DNA from: Girardia tigrina
Lineage: Eukaryota
Reading direction: 5' to 3'
Assembly (NCBI GenBank): GCA_001938485.1
Contig: MQRK01178987.1
Coordinates: forward strand, 3,053 to 67,052
DNA length: 64,000 nucleotides
A model generated the notes under the pieces. It did not search any database. It was not told the DNA's origin and saw nothing but the letters and a program-made list of their open reading frames with translations. Positions 50,346 to 63,726 of this stretch are shown here, one piece after another (position 1 is the stretch's first letter; each line of letters opens with the position of its first letter). Both the position numbers and the translations under genes were made by a program.

Positions 50346-53121
50346 AAAAATTGAAATTCATCATATTATTTAGGTTCGATCTCTAAACTAATCTATTAAA
50401 ATAATAATCAAGGTTCTCACAAAAGAAATTACTAAATTAAAATTATAAGTAAGTAAACTAATGTCCACTTTTCTCTAAATACTCGACGATCTTCATCCTA
50501 AGGCAATCGGATTCAGGTCATTTACAAGACTAAAGTTAACAATAATTCTATTTTTAACAGATAAAAGATTTTAAACAATAATTTTGACACTTAATTATGG
50601 GACCTAGAACCTCTTTTCAATGTTGTGGGGAGTTGCTTGTTGTCCACTCCTGTATGAAGGTATACAAATACTTACTAATGACTGTCGAAAATAGAAAACA
50701 TAATATCCCCAAATATATAAAATGTTTCTTTTTCATTTATTTATACGCTGGGTTCACCAAGATCAAAACAAGTAATTGTCGAATTTAACAATGAGACGAT
50801 TAAGTTAATATGATAAATCATTATTTATACTGCAATAAAAGTATAATTGAATTAATCATTATTCATAAAAGTTTACTAAAACTCAGAAGAGTTTGAACAG
50901 CTAAATAACAAATTCTAACAACTACATATTATGTCTTCGAATATAAGAGTATATATTTTTGTTAGGGTTCTGAAAAAATACATGTGAACACTTTTGAAAA
51001 AATTTTATATAGGAAATTTTTAAATAATTCTTTTAGTAAAATTAGTAACTTCAAATAAAATAATATTTAGTCTAACAAAACTTGGAATTAAAATTANNNN
51101 NNNNNNNNNNNNNNNNNNNNNNNNNNNNNNNNNNNNNNNNNNTGTTTTATCTCATCAATTTTCAAGGCTGAGGAAAATTACTATATAAACAACATCAAAT
51201 TCAGTCTTAGTTTGCCCAAAAATATTTGCAAGAAATTTTAACTGAAGAGAATTGTTCGTAAGTAGAGTAATTATTAATATTTACTTTATATTTTTCAAAG
51301 TTGAATAAAACCTGTAGTACCCTGTATGGGAGAACAAGGTTTATAGAAAAGTTTTAAGTTTAAATCAAAGCATCGTTCGTTTTGGGAGNNNNNNNNNNNN
51401 NNNNNNNNNNNNNNNNNNNNNNNNNNNNNNNNNNNNNNNNNNNNNNNNNNNNNNNNNNNNNNNNNNNNNNNNNNNNNNNNNNNNNNNNNNNNNNNNNNNN
51501 NNNNNNNNNNNNNNNNNNNNNNNNNNNNNNNNNNNNNNNNNNNNNNNNNNNNNNNNNNNNNNNNNNNNNNNNNNNNNNNNNNNNNNNNAAGATAAAAGAT
51601 TATTGATTAAAGAATAAAGAAAAGAGATTTACGATTAAAGATAGAGATTTAAGATTTGTATTTTAAAAAGTGAATAATCGATTTAAAGATAATTTTTAAT
51701 AATTAAAACCCCAACATTTTGAATTCAATCGTATAGATAAAACAAATAGATTTAAAACTAGATTATAATTAGAACCAACGAGGAAATGAGACCTAAAGAC
51801 ATAAGTCGAAAACATTCTATCGTTAAAATGATCAATACTATTCAAATCTATTTTGTTAATAACAAGTTTTACGAATATATAAAGGTTAGGATACTCATTG
51901 CTAATGTCATTTTGCGTTGAATAAACGAAGCTATCTAACATAAAATTGAGTTATTATACACTTGACTTATACTTCTTAATAAACTAAATGAGGATAAAAT
52001 TTTTACACTCATAACTCATTGAACTTTGCAACTTCAACGATTGAATATATACATTTATTCGAATTCCACACTAACATTTGTAACATAAAAGACAATGCTA
52101 ATATATAAATTTGTTATAACAAAACTATTTAAAGTTAGACGAATTGCATAAAAATTTATTAAAATTAAAATTTCATTAAATAAAATATGTATAAAAAAAT
52201 TAATAAGTCAAAACAAAATAATTATTAAAAGAGGGTTGGATGTCCGCATATTGTTAGGGTTTCGTGAATTACATCGTCGGTGATTGATACGTCGGTCTCA
52301 GATGATTATTCAAGGAGTTTGTGTTTATCTAATGATTTATTCTAGTACGATATCTCGTAAATTCCGATAAACCTCTGTTTTGAATATTGTTCGATAATCC
52401 GTAAGTCTCTGTTCTAGTTTTTTGTTTAAATTTTCATTTCTCTTTTTGGTGGCGCTTCTAATTGAAATTATTCTGTCTTTTAAAGAAGTTTTGACTACTA
52501 GACAGACAGGTGTATCTGAACTTGCATATACAATGTATTTGGTGATTATTTGGTGAATGCTCTGTCACTCTGTGGTTAGGTGAGTGCATGTCAGAATTCT
52601 GTAGGCTGTTGTTAGATTCTATAAAATCTCTGAATTGAATAGTTGACTTTTGCGATTGTCTGTATGTATGCGTTTGATTAATTTTGTTCATTTTCAGGTT
52701 ATTCATCAGCTGACCTCGTTTTGGAAAATCACAAGTTACTTATCAGAGGATTTCTTATTTTCGTTATATACGCGTCATTGATTATTTTGTCCGATTATTA
52801 TAAATCTTTATTATCTTTTATTATCTTTTTCAAATAGTGATTTTCAAGTGATGTAGTAATGCTAAAGGATTTACGGTAAACAACATTAATTTTAGAGTTA
52901 TTTTAAAATTATCAATAATAGAAATATAATATCGATGTGATAATAATCATATCCTGTCTCCGAATGTGGACAAGTTAATTCCATAAACCTCATGTGATGT
53001 ATTTAAACTGAAATATTGTCAATGTTTATAACATAGAAATAAAACCATAATGAAACGAAATAAATTAAGCCTTAATACGCGCCATTGGCATTACAATTTG
53101 TGTAACAGATTTATTTAAAGG

Positions 53122-54679
53122 TGTAAGACATTTTAAACACAAAATTATTTATTCATCGTCATACACTAAAATCAACGAAAATCAAAATTAGGCTTTTGAC
53201 CAACTTTACTAAATTTTAATAACGAAATATTATCATTAATAGGTATAAAATCTGGTCAATGAACTCATTCATACTAGTATACATATTAATACCAACACAA
53301 CGCTTTAATCCACCTTCTATGTACATAGCTACACTTTCCGACACTCTCCACACTTCCTACTTTGCTACAACTTCAACACTGATAACTTTCACCTTTATTC
53401 GCTTTCTCGATCCACACTTCCTCCATCTTTCTATCGTCGCATCACATCTACTCCTCTCGCATTTCTCTCTCACTCCTCTACAACTACGACGGCACCAAAT
53501 CGTCCTCTCAACCCTCCTCGACATCTACAGAGCTCGTATGGTGGTATTAAATGATAGTAGGTGAGAGTGACCAGATAAAAATCATATATCAAATCAATAA
53601 GTCAAATAAGTTATTAAATATCGTATATTGAATCGTAATATAGAGTTAATGAGTCAAAATAAATCGTTACAATGGTTAAAATGATAATAAAAAAAACAAA
53701 ACGAAATCAATTACAATGGTTAAAGTGATAATAATAATAAAAAAACAAAACGAAATCAATAGACTGAGGTATGAACTAAGATAGGGTTACCTTTTCGATA
53801 ATTCGACAAGTACTGCTAGCAATAATTGATTGGTAATCAAAATTTATAAGGTTTTCCTCTTCTCCGCAAATCGGTAAATTAAATTGAAATATGATTTAAA
53901 TGTAATTGGCTCGATCCAATCAAAGTTTATAAAATCTTCTTCTTCTCCCAAATTCAAGGTTTATAATATCTTCTCCTTTTCCCAAATTTAATTATCAAAA
54001 TTAAAGTATATCGTCAAAATTACAGATAATACTGTGCACTGGCTTTTGGTGCGAGCCGGTTCGGGTATTTATACCCTACAGGGAATTCGAAGCGTCCTGT
54101 TTATGAATCGAGTTAAGGATAGTGTCAACATCCGTAAGTTGGTCTTCAAAATGTCGGTTCGGCGAATTCGTAGGGCGTCCTGTTTATAGGAAGGTTAAAG
54201 AAGACAATGTCGATCGTTACCTTCGTAACATCCTGCTTAGCGGTGGCAGCATCTATGTCGGCGCGTGGACCAACGATGTTTATCGTTTCGACAAACTTGG
54301 CAAGGTAAACTATTAGTATGCGTTTCCTAATTGTTTATACTTATTCAAGGTCTACTATAATGATGTCGAGACAGCGATTTCGCTTTGGATTAGGTGAATT
54401 TAATTCTAGTAATTAAGATTTTTTAATTAAGAAATTTTTAACTTTTCAGATTATTCAAGCAAGCCAAAAAGAACGAAATCTCATACCGACTCGGCATTTC
54501 AACAAGCTGAGAGTCAATTTAAAAACATTTGAGGATAGTCGAGTTTGACTATCCTCAAACACTCGGAACACGGGCTCTCATACGTAAGGGGTGTTGGGTT
54601 TGGGACAAGATTTATATGGTGATATCTCGGGAGATATAGTACAGGAAAGGGTCTGTATAATTGTTTCTTTGTCGTAACA
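53122..54679 (-). mobile_element. Long LTR-like element carrying an antisense spliced gene
   Basis: Ends TGTAAGACA..TGTCGTAACA; TATA GGGTATAAATACCC at 54076-54063; degenerate minus-strand ORF from ATG 53524 directly after CTGTAG. No TSD found. Confidence 0.55.
54103..54532 (+). CDS. Hypothetical 90-aa protein, 4 exons
   Basis: Exons 54103-54133, 54190-54304, 54350-54393, 54450-54532; GT-AG introns of 56, 45 and 56 nt; spliced frame open. A second frame is also open over exons 2-4. Confidence 0.5.
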
Positions 54680-54835
54680 AATATTCAGTCTTCATACATT
54701 TACCCATGTATCTGTTTATCTTAATTCTTATTCGACACTCTTCAGAACAATTATTGATAGCTCCCGGGCGAATCGAACAATCAATTTTCCTTTCTTAAAT
54801 GTTTTAATTTCAATATTTTATTCAATACAAGACGG

Positions 54836-54953
54836 TAGGACGCGCTTCCACCTTATCCATCTGCAAGCAGTGCATAATTTGGAGCGCCTTCGAGTCCATC
54901 TTGACTAGGAAAGGCGATGAACCTCCCAGTCGAGTCAGTATCGATAGGGGTAT
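54836..54953 (+). mobile_element. 5'-truncated LINE structured region (copy C)
   Basis: GGACGCGC..GGAGCGCCTTCGAGTCC, a GACT..AGTC hairpin and a GGGG block. Confidence 0.6.
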
Positions 54954-55379
54954 CTATGGGTTTGATAACATTTAATCACTAGAAATTTAATCATTAGATA
55001 TTTAAACACTAGATACTTATACAATTATTACTTAATAAAATTATTCATTAAGACACTTCATCACCTAGGTACTTAATCACTGAAAGCTGAACGTTAAAAA
55101 TGTAATCACTTAAAATATAATCTATAGAAATTTAATTAATTGAAAAAAGTGATTAAAATAAATTTTTTATTGAAGAACAGAGTTTATTTAAGCACACAAC
55201 TTACATCATCATAAACCCACTTTTCCGTCTTTCACGTCGTTTTTTCCCACCACCTACCCAAATAGATTTCTTATTTTTTATTAAAAAAACATTTTTGTAA
55301 CTAAAAATCGAATTTTAATTAATTAGTGGATAAATGTGCAACACCACCAAACATAATAAGCTTTAGTTTGAAGAATAAC

Positions 55380-55740
55380 GACAAATATCATCAATAAATC
55401 TGTTTAAAAATTCGATATTTTTTGGTAAATATAGTGAATTCCCAAAAATTCCGTGATGATAACTTGTTTTCTGTATTTATAAATCTTTCTTCAGTCCTAT
55501 TAAAAGTTTCCACAATTACGGATGATAGCACTGAACGAGAGATTGAAGACTATTATATCATCCCTCAATACTATTTGTAGTTCATGCAATTCCCTCGAAG
55601 ATAGATTCAAAATGATTCCATGTTTCGATAGGGAATAAACCTGGGTTATAAACTTCAATTCTGCCAACACACCTTCTACCTCTGATATATGTATACTCGA
55701 AAAATGATTGAAGTGTATTCACGTCTCTAAATTATTAAGG
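55380..55740 (-). mobile_element. MULE transposase C-terminal fragment
   Basis: FFEYTYIRG..LFPIETWN..TTNSIEG*YN..HP*LWK; ~15-bp TTTAATCACTAGA subrepeats at 54970-55085. Confidence 0.75.
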
Positions 55741-57564
55741 GAAGGAGATACGGGTAATTATTAACTTGACCTTTAACGGTGACATACCACCGTGGGATCG
55801 GTCTTTATAGAGGTGGCCACTGTCTCTGTTGAAAATTGATCGAAGTGGACGACGCTCGACGATCCACCGATAAATCAAAACGACGGTCGATTTGAGCGCT
55901 GATCATTGGGATGTTCTCATGTACATATTATTGTCACAAAAATCATACAATTGCCTTTTAACAGTCTATCAAAGGAAAAGGAAATATCCATTTTATTGAG
56001 AGTAGTAAATGAGATTTTATTCGATCCATTTCTTGGCATCTTGATTTTGCCCATCGAAGAATGAAACTTTTGGTTCCAATACTTCCTTGAGGACGCTTCA
56101 AAAAAATCTTTCTTCCATTTTAGAAACTTCACAAACTTCACTGTTCGAAGTAAAAACATCAATTTGTTGATATTAAAATTTATTAAAAAAAGAATTAATG
56201 AAAATAAGGATGACCGGACATTTGCCAACAGTTGACTTTTATCTGTTATCCCGAATTTGTATAATTTCCAAATATACGAAATTGGTCAAAATATTTTTGA
56301 AATTAAACTAAATAATTTGGTATGAAGTAGCATTTTTGTGAATAAAAAATTATTTAATAAATTAGGATTTGTGAGGAATATATTAATTTTTTTGAATGTG
56401 TAAATGTATGGATACGGTATGTTGATTTAAGTATGTTTAATTTAGAATGGTGATTCTCCCACCCAGACGGAAATTGGTATTTTTTATTTAAATTTAGAGT
56501 GATTAACTATTCGAACACAATTAAAATTAAATTTAATATTTTTTGATAAAATTTAAATTAAATGCATTTTTAATAATTTGATGACATTTTTATTATTTTA
56601 AGATTTATTGAAAAATGGTAAAAATTATTATTTTTTTAATTAATATTTTTAGAGGCTAAATATTGTAAAAAATAATTTAGAAAAATTGTTCAAATAATCA
56701 TGATTAAAACAGAAATAAGAAAACCAATTAGAAGTATGACAAACGACGAAAGACTCTAAATAATAATGACTCTAAATAATGACTCTAAATGTGATTGTAA
56801 TAAACATTGAAACGAGACTTGTTTAAATGTTCTTAATAGGATTAATAGACATAAAATGCAATAAAATTTTTATATTTGAATGATCTATAACTTTTCTTTC
56901 TTCTGGAGTACCAAATAATTTACTTTCAGAAATTTTGTGTAGAAAACTTGTTTTTTAGAAATTATAGATGAGAAATTCTACTTTTAGAAAATGTAGTTTT
57001 AGAAGTTCTCTAATATTATTGATCCTCCGGCGTATAAATAAAAATTGATATATTTTAATAAAAATTCAATTAATTTTATTCCCAAAAATTGTAATTTATG
57101 AAATTGTTTTTCATTTTGTCTATTAATCCTAATTTAAAAATATTTTTAGTTTAATCCTAAAAAATCCCAATTTATAAAAATTTTAATAAAAATTAATTTT
57201 TGTTTATTTAAAATTTTTAATTTATAAAAATTTTAAATTATTAAATTTTTATTTATTAGAATTAAGTAAAAAATTAAATAAAATAGAAACTTGAATTTAT
57301 TATAACTTAAATTTCCAAAAAGTGCGTTGCCAAAAAGTCTTGAGCCAAAACGGCGTCACCATAGTCCAGAACCCGCAAAATTTTGTTTGATATTTTTTAA
57401 TTATTAAATTGAGAATTTTCAATATTAATTTTAACTAATTTAATTTTTTGAAAATATTCTATGAAAATAATTTGGTCAATTTGGTGAATTCGGAAATTAT
57501 ACAAATTCAGGATAACACCTAAAAGCCAACTGTGGGCAAATGTCCTCGAATTAAAAAAAATATG

Positions 57565-58781
57565 TTAGGGTTCCGACCCCTTTTTCTTTTCGCCAAAAGC
57601 TTTTTCTGCTAGGGTAGATAAATGAAAAGCGAATTCACTAACTGATTCATTGCTATTTTGCACTCTTGTATAGAATTTCTTTCGTAAAATTCGTCCGATA
57701 TCTCCACTAATTAATTTTTCAGCAAGAGCATCCTTTATTCTTGACCACTCAACCACTGTACGTTTATCAATTTGATTAAAAGCTTCACGAGCTGCACCTT
57801 TCAGATACAAAGGTAATCTTTGAATCATTATTTTGTCTGACCAGCCATAGGCCGATGCGTACATATAGTAATCAGTCATAAAATCAACAAAATCGACTGG
57901 ATCTCCTCCATATTGATTCAAAGATAATCTTTAGAAGCTTGCCAAATCGTTATTTACTTCTCTATTTTCCTCAATCATGATTTTATTTCCAAGTTTTTTA
58001 TTCCTTAAATAATATCTCGACACTTAAATATTTTCTTTAATAATTCAACCAATACTCAGCAAAATAATCTTTAATATATTCTTCCTAAAGAATTTTTCGC
58101 AAGGGTTGTGCTTCAATCGATTCAGAAATATATTTTTCAATTAAATAGTGGGCTCACCAAATATATTATGTTGGGTATTACAATTAAATCTCGTTTCTAT
58201 CTTTATTTATATTAAACTACTAATCTGACTCCAAATCGACCAAAAGGTTTCCTCCAACAATAATATATAAAGAATGAACAAAACCTTTTAATAATAATTT
58301 ATTCTGCAAACAACAATTGAAGTACAAATATAAATTCAACTCTAATCAGTACACTACAATTCAAAGATCACACTTCGATCAAACAGTTACAACTTCTTAA
58401 TTCGAGCGATGCTAGATTGATTTATTTAAAACTTCTCCTTTACAGGATACTAAAAACTTTTCTTATTATTTCTTTAGTTTAAAAAAAACGATAATAAAAG
58501 AAATTAACAAACAAGTTTACCGCACATATAATTCAAAGCTAATTTTCTTTTGAGTGATCAATTGAGTGTCTGTAACTGAAATAACTATTGCTTATATACT
58601 AGTTTTTCCTAACCTTGAAAATTGAATAACTAAAACAAATCTCAAAATTTTTACAAATATTTTATAAATTTTATTAAAATACTATTATAATAATCAAAAA
58701 ATTATTAATTTTAACCAGCGAATTATTTTAAAATTTTTATTAGATTTTAAAATTTAATCTATATTTTTCGGAACCCCAACA
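57565..58781 (-). mobile_element. Gypsy 5' remnant: LTR, canonical PBS and gag capsid fragment
   Basis: LTR-like 58169-58781 (TGTTGGG..CCCAACA); TGGTGAGCCCAC at 58159-58148; gag ORF YASAYGWSD..LPLYLKGAAR..RVQNSNESVSEFA. Confidence 0.75.
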
Positions 58782-58972
58782 AATATAATGAATTTCTAAA
58801 CAAATATTTTACATCATTATGAAAATTTGAATTATTCAGAATATCGAGATTGGTAAAATAATTAATAAAATAAGTCCCTTTTGTGGTTTAATTGAAATGT
58901 AATAATGTCAGAAATATCGACTATCGCAACACAATATAACTCTAAGTAAATATTTATTCAATACTGATAAAA

Positions 58973-59290
58973 TCAATTTATTTGTGAAATCAAAGTTTTG
59001 TCAGTCTGATTGCAAAGAGCCTCAATTTCCAAACGTGAACGCACCAAATTATCACTCAAACACTCAACGGTGCCGCTTTCTGTCATAAAAAAGTCGTCTT
59101 CCAAACGCATTCCGATTCCTCTGAATCGAGGATCAACTTGTTCGTCATTCTCAGAGAAATATATGCCGGGTTCGAGAGGGAATACCATGCCCGATTGGAG
59201 TGGCTGACTAGTGGACACAGTCGGGGTGTCGTGAATGTCTAGTCCGAGATAATGACCGATATGGTGTGGACAATATTTCCGGATATTCTG
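58973..59290 (-). CDS. XPNPEP3: Xaa-Pro aminopeptidase 3-like (peptidase M24), terminal exon
   Basis: RKYCPHHIGHYLGLDIHD, LEPGIY and FRGIGMRLEDD metal-ligand motifs. Splice acceptor near 59288 or 59306; upstream exons not identified in this window. Confidence 0.88.
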   Translation of the reverse strand, partial: QNIRKYCPHHIGHYLGLDIHDTPTVSTSQPLQSGMVFPLEPGIYFSENDEQVDPRFRGIGMRLEDDFFMTESGTVECLSDNLVRSRLEIEALCNQTDKTLISQIN

Positions 59291-59492
59291 AGCATTTTTT
59301 ATTAACTTCCAATCAGTAAATAATATGCAATAATAAAGAATAATGAAATAAAATGTTTTTATCATATTTTTAATAATTTTGTGAAAATTAGTTATTATGA
59401 TCGATTTCCATAGATTTACCATAATCTTCAGACAAAACTAACAATGTCATTCACATTTATACACTTGTATTATACAGTTGTATTTATGTCAT

Positions 59493-60996
59493 TGTTAGAG
59501 GTTCTTTTTGGTGAACTTTAAATTTTTTATATTTTTAAAATAAAAATCATAATTATATTTGAGATAAATTAAAAAAATATTATTTTACTAATTAAAATGA
59601 AATAAGTTTTATAAAAAATTATAGTGTAATGATAATATTTTATTAATTAAATTGAAAGAACTTTTATAAAATTAGGCTTAAAAAATCACAATTAAAATAA
59701 GAATTTCGGAGTAAAAGAATATTGTAAAGAAGATTTTGATATATCTTGTAACACTTTTTAAAATAAAAATCATAATGTTTTATTGAATTTAATTGTCAAT
59801 GGAAATTCTCATTAAAAATAATTTATAATTGAATTTTAAAATTAAAAAATTATTTAGGAATTGAATTTTTACAGGACATGTCCATTAAAATAATTTTAAA
59901 GATCTAAATTTATATTTCAATTAATAAACATTGTAAAAATTAATAACACAAAATATGATTTATGCAAAATTGAACAAATTAACACACACACACACATATA
60001 CAGGGTGCGGCAACTATTTGAGAACACGTAATATAGACACCATATCTTTGTGTTATAATTACATAATTTTATTTTTGCTGGTAGACATGGCAGAAGCTAC
60101 TCTTACGAATGAAATGAAAAGGCATGCAGTTATTGTGTCATTAGCTGCAGGACACACCGAATCAAAAATTGCTACATTTTTGAAAGTCGCCCGGTCGTTT
60201 GTTTTTAAAGTTCGTACAGAATTAGGAGCTGCGAAGGGTGATGGGGCTGAAGCTTCGCAACGGAAACAAGTTTGTAGACGNNNNNNNNNNNNNNNNNNNN
60301 NNNNNNNNNNNNNNNNNNNNNNNNNNNNNNNNNNNNNNNNNNNNNNNNNNNNNNNNNNNNNNNNNNNNNNNNNNNNNNNNNNNNNNNNNNNNNNNNNNNN
60401 NNNNNNNNNNNNNNNNNNNNNNNNNNNNNNNNNNNNNNNNNNNNNNNNNNNNNNNNNNNNNNNNNNNNNNNNNNNNNNNNNNNNNNNNNNNNNNNNNNNN
60501 NNNNNNNNNNNNNNNNNNNNNNNNNNNNNNNNNNNNNNNNNNNNNNNNNNNNNNNNNNNNNNNNNNNNNNNNNNNNNNNNNNNNNNNNNNNNNNNNNNNN
60601 NNNNNNNNNNNNNNNNNNNNNNNNNNNNNNNNNNNNNNNNNNNNNNNNNNNNNNNNNNNNNNNNNNNNNNNNNNNNNNNNNNNNNNNNNNNNNNNNNNNN
60701 NNNNNNNNNNNNNNNNNNNNNNNNNNNNNNNNNNNNNNNNNNNNNNNNNNNNNNNNNNNNNNNNNNNNNNNNNNNNNNNNNNNNNNNNNNNNNNNNNNNN
60801 NNNNNNNNNNNNNNNNNNNNNNNNNNNNNNNNNNNNNNNNNNNNNNNNNNNNNNNNNNNNNNNNNNNNNNNNNNNNNNNNNNNNNNNNNNNNNNNNNNNN
60901 NNNNNNNNNNNNNNNNNNNNNNNNNNNNNNNNNNNNNNNNNNNNNNNNNNNNNNNNNNNNNNNNNNNNNNNNNNNNNNNNNNNNNNNNNNNNNNNN

Positions 60997-61048
<52 letters not shown>

Positions 61049-61170
61049 GAATTTGAAAATCTGGTTTATGTAACTGAAATATTGTTCCTCATAAATTTGT
61101 TTGAATAATAAAAGTTGTATAAGAAATAAAGTTTGCGAATAATGACTTTGGATTTTAATCACGAACCCAA
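59493..61170 (+). mobile_element. AT-rich LTR (same family as 2790-3430) interrupted by a maT-like transposon and a gap
   Basis: Sequence similarity to 2790-3430 on both sides of the insertion. Confidence 0.65.
60001..60280 (+). mobile_element. maT/DD37D-like Tc1-mariner 5' end
   Basis: TA|CAGGGTG terminus; MKRHAVIVSLAAGHTESKIATFLKVARSFVFKVR HTH; remainder lies in an N gap. Confidence 0.7.
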
Positions 61171-61741
61171 TAGTCATCATTGTGTAATTTCTATGAAGTT
61201 GAAAAATGGTACAGTCAATTCTCCTATAGCACGATTCCATAGAACGCGGTGTTTTTATTAGTAAATTCCAATAACTTAAATGGTTTTGAAATTCGTCTAT
61301 AAAAGTTCGTCTATATATATATCCGTTAATTTATAGAATTATATTGAGATCTTCGGACTGAGTCACGAAGCGAATAGGAAAAAATTAGGTCCTTTGGTTA
61401 TCAATCTTGACAAGGTAGCTCTTGTTTAATTTGTAATTATTTTCTTTTGTCAATTTTTAATATATAATTAAATATTAATATTATTAATTAAATATTACTA
61501 TATAAATAAATTATTATATATAAATAATTATATAAACTGATGAGGTAAAAAATGTAGAAGGATTTCTACAATATATATTTTAGCTAATACCTATTAATTT
61601 GTACTTTATGAAAACAATTTATTTAAATCAACAATGCAAATATATAATTATAATAATTAGGCTGATTTACGAACATTTTTTATTTATTTGTTTTAACGGC
61701 CAAGTTTGCTAGTATAACTTAACCGCTATCAGACAATTCTC

Positions 61742-61990
61742 GTGAATTATTATTTGGGCATTGTATATAAGATGGTCATGACAATCAGCTGTACACAGGT
61801 CAGTTGTGAACGTTCATTTAGTAAATTGAAAATAATAAAAAGTCGATTGCGCTCAACGATTGGACAACCACACCTAGAAGCACTAATGTTGATTGCTTTA
61901 GAAGAGAAGAATTTCCCCATAGATCATGATGTCATCATAGACCACCTTGCAGAAAGTTCTACCGAATTAAAACGTGCTTTACTGTACTAA
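61742..61990 (+). mobile_element. hAT dimerization-domain fragment
   Basis: TQVSCERSFSKLKIIKSRLRSTI. Confidence 0.85.
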
Positions 61991-62193
61991 CATTTTCTCC
62001 TGTTTATTTCTGCCTGTTACTTGCTCCACATACTGTACGTGTTGTTTTCTGGTGGCAAATGAGCCTATCTAATCATTGCCTTTTTAATAGGTATTCAAGT
62101 GAGGTTATTCCCGAATACAGCGAAAGAAATTTTTTATTTTAAAATGAGATTTTTGTCATTTAAATTGGAGAATTTTTTTATTAATAAAAAAAT

Positions 62194-62480
62194 TGGAATA
62201 TGTATGGCATCAGACGGCGCACTAACAAGGATGTTGAAGGGTGGCACAACCGTTTCAATAATTTCGTTGTTAAGCATCATCCGAATATTTATGATTTAAT
62301 ATCATGCATATTAAAAGAACAAGGATTTACAGATGCATTGGTGACACAAATTAATGCCGGGCAACAAAACAAATAAAAATTATAATTTAATGAGTCAACG
62401 TGTTTCAAACTTGCAACTGCGTTTTGATAATGGTGAAATCGGTGTCATGGAGTTTATTCGTGCAATTTCTTTCAGTGTAA
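62194..62480 (+). mobile_element. MULE transposase C-terminal fragment
   Basis: WNMYGIRRRTNKDVEGWHNRFN..HHPNIY..LKEQ. Confidence 0.8.
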
Positions 62481-62490
62481 GCACATCAAA

Positions 62491-62548
<58 letters not shown>

Positions 62549-62636
62549 AGTCTTGTGAACGCAAGTTTAGTATTTCGAAAATATANNNNNNNNNNNNNNN
62601 NNNNNNNNNNNNNNNNNNNNNNNNNNNNNNNNNNNT

Positions 62637-63045
62637 TGATTAAAGCTTTTTTATACAACTATTGGACATGTTTCGATGTTTATATACATCATCATCAGCA
62701 ATTTTCTATTGAATTGTTTGAATAATACAATTTTTCACAATTTTAATAAATAAAGTAACGAAAAAATTAAACATTTTTATTTATGAAAATATTATTGGGT
62801 AGTAATGACATAGATATTTTAATTAAAAATTTTAAGTATTTTTAATTAAAATATCTGTCATTATTACCCAATAATATTTTCATAAATAAAAATGTTTAAT
62901 TTTTTCGTTACTTTTTAAAGTAAATTATATTTATTAAAATTGTGAAAAATTGTATTATTCAAACAATTCTATAGAAAATTGCTGATGATGATGTATATAA
63001 ACATCGAAACATGTCCAATAGTTGTATAAAAAAAGCTTTAATCAA
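62637..63045. repeat. ~410-bp near-perfect palindrome (tail-to-tail or head-to-head pseudo-LTRs)
   Basis: Arms are reverse complements around a ~7-nt centre near 62834; followed by a (TA)n tract. Confidence 0.9.
62979..63018 (+). ncRNA. Minimal type I hammerhead ribozyme (mirror copy on minus strand at 62662-62701)
   Basis: TTG-CTGATGA-T-GATG(TATATAAA)CATC-GAAAC-AT-GTC-CAA: intact core, palindromic stem III ACATGT and a GUC cleavage triplet. Confidence 0.85.
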
Positions 63046-63073
63046 ATTATATATATATATATATATATTTAAT

Positions 63074-63726
63074 ATTAAAAAGTGAACGCCATTTTCACAA
63101 TTTATTTTCGTAATTAATTTCGGCGGATTACCCGCCATCTTCAGACTAAATTAACACAAATTTAAAATCATCAATTTTGAAAAGTTTGATCCCAAATACC
63201 ATGAATCTAAAAATTATTTCCCAATCATATAAAATTCGTGATATGTTCAGTAATAAATCTCCCACTCCTCTCGGTTTGTGCTCCGATCTTGTTTATAAAT
63301 ATACATGTAATGGGTGTAACTCCACATACATTGGAGAGACATCTCGTCATCTCTGCAAACGGATCAAAGAGCATAGTCGGTTGGACAATGGGAGCAATAT
63401 TGCCGAACATAATTTAAAATGTAAAAAGAAAATCGGAGAAAATGATTTTNAAATTCTGTGTAATCGATTTAAAAATTACTGGGAGAGAGTAACGTGTGAG
63501 GCCTTATTAATAAGATCCATGGATCCAAAATTAATATTCAAGCTTCACACTCAACTTCTCTGTTAAACATTTTCAAATAGAGCCTTTATTACATGATCGA
63601 TTACATAATCACCTTTCTCATATATAAGCTGCAAAAAGCCAGTGTTAATTTAGTCTGAAGATGGCGGGTAATCCGCCGATATTAATTACAAAAATAAATT
63701 GTGAAAAATGGCGTTCACTTTTTAAT
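63074..63726 (+). mobile_element. 5'-truncated Penelope-like element: GIY-YIG ORF between inverted pseudo-LTRs with hammerheads
   Basis: LVYKYTCNGCNSTYIGETSRHLCKRIKEH..EALLIR; inverted repeats 63074-63157 / 63642-63726 each containing CTGAAGATGGCGGGTAATCCGCCGA(A/T)A. Confidence 0.9.

Noticed and set aside
59955-61056. Long ORFs spanning N gaps (also 45882-46473 and 51382-51606)
   Set aside because: Their length is an artifact of the Ns.
61180-61300. Possible upstream XPNPEP3 exon or Harbinger DDE fragment (AIG.IDCTIF)
   Set aside because: Needs a frameshift and lacks a clear donor; too weak for either call.
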